Positions 51,878 to 64,000 of a stretch of 64,000 nucleotides of DNA are shown here, piece after piece (the stretch's first letter is position 1; each line of letters starts with the position of its first letter). Location: the NCBI GenBank assembly GCA_963693365.1, contig CAVNZM010000009.1, positions 2,234,231-2,298,230 on the forward strand, written 5' to 3'. Both the position numbers and the translations under genes were made by a program. Below the pieces are notes generated by a model that made no database searches, was not told the DNA's origin, and worked only from the letters and a program-made list of their open reading frames with translations. The DNA is from Amoebidium appalachense (lineage: Eukaryota; Protista; Ichthyosporea).

Positions 51878-52397
51878 GCAAAGGTTATAGGGCGGTACAA
51901 AAGCACGAAAATGCTTCCTTCTTCTCTATAAGGCAATGAGGACACCTCGAGACTTCTCCTACATTCCATATTCAATCTGTAAATCGTATATCCCCAAATA
52001 GTAATGTAGCGCTTCGTGTGTTTAAGATACACGAAACAATGAAGGCAACATTAAACAAAAATTTAACTCGAGGCTAATATTAATATCCCCTCCCAACTCG
52101 ACGTTTCTAAATACACAATTTGCTAAATTATCAATCCTAGAAGTCTATCCAGCTCAGCTGTAGAACATACGACTTATCATGTTTATACCCGGCTACCATC
52201 TAAAGATGGTTATAACTGCAATTTCCTTTTTTTAATATTTTAAAAACAACCAGCAGCCTCACCTTCATGCTTTATCAATCACCACCGCATACTACTCGAA
52301 CTAGTGAGGCTGGCAGGTCTATCGACGTCAGACTAAAGAGGTACTCAACCAACCGCACGCCAACTTAAAAATGCATTATCAAACAATCTGCTTATGT

Positions 52398-63774
<11,377 letters not shown>

Positions 63775-64000
63775 CTGTGGATGGAAAATGGGATATTAGG
63801 TCTGGCACTTCGATAGCTCCTCAACACAGATGTGATACGTCGTGGCTCTATGTACATATGAAAGGAGTAAACCCGAATGTCCCGCTCATTATTGTTTGTG
63901 TAAGAGAGGACGAAAACTTCACAACTCCCCCCCTCACCAGCACACACACACACACCACACCACCCACAGTAGCTCCCCCTCTGCCGCCCCCCCCCCCCCC

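Overview
Eukaryotic, intron-rich genomic DNA saturated with poly-C/poly-G runs and (CA)n/(GA)n microsatellites; almost all ORFs in the supplied track are low-complexity artefacts of these runs. Splicing exons by hand (GT-AG, phase-checked) gives six gene models. (1) A MYND zinc-finger terminal exon (-, ~12.7 kb). (2) A ~915-aa, 13-exon gene (-, 15537-25306) joining a Rap1-like Myb/SANT domain, an AT-hook and a CxxC..H..CxxCN HNH-type nuclease domain; this is the most novel candidate. (3) A secreted Cu/Zn superoxide dismutase (-). (4) A bacterial-like N-domain/TPR/Kelch/SWIM-like/MYND locus with an in-frame TGA and a broken acceptor (-). (5) A complete 13-exon Taspase1 (+), head-to-head with (4). 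(6) A 5'-truncated RasGAP-SH3-SH2 gene (-) with a tRNA-Glu(CTC) in one intron. The first ~12 kb is a transposon graveyard: a decayed LINE, a piggyBac-like element with CTAA TSD and a hAT-like relic. A strand-specific intron pattern recurs in genes on both strands: weak donors followed by C-tracts, and (CA)n running into acceptors. SH2/SH3/RasGAP content fits a unicellular holozoan or similar protist (inference). All domain calls come from motif recognition, not database searches.
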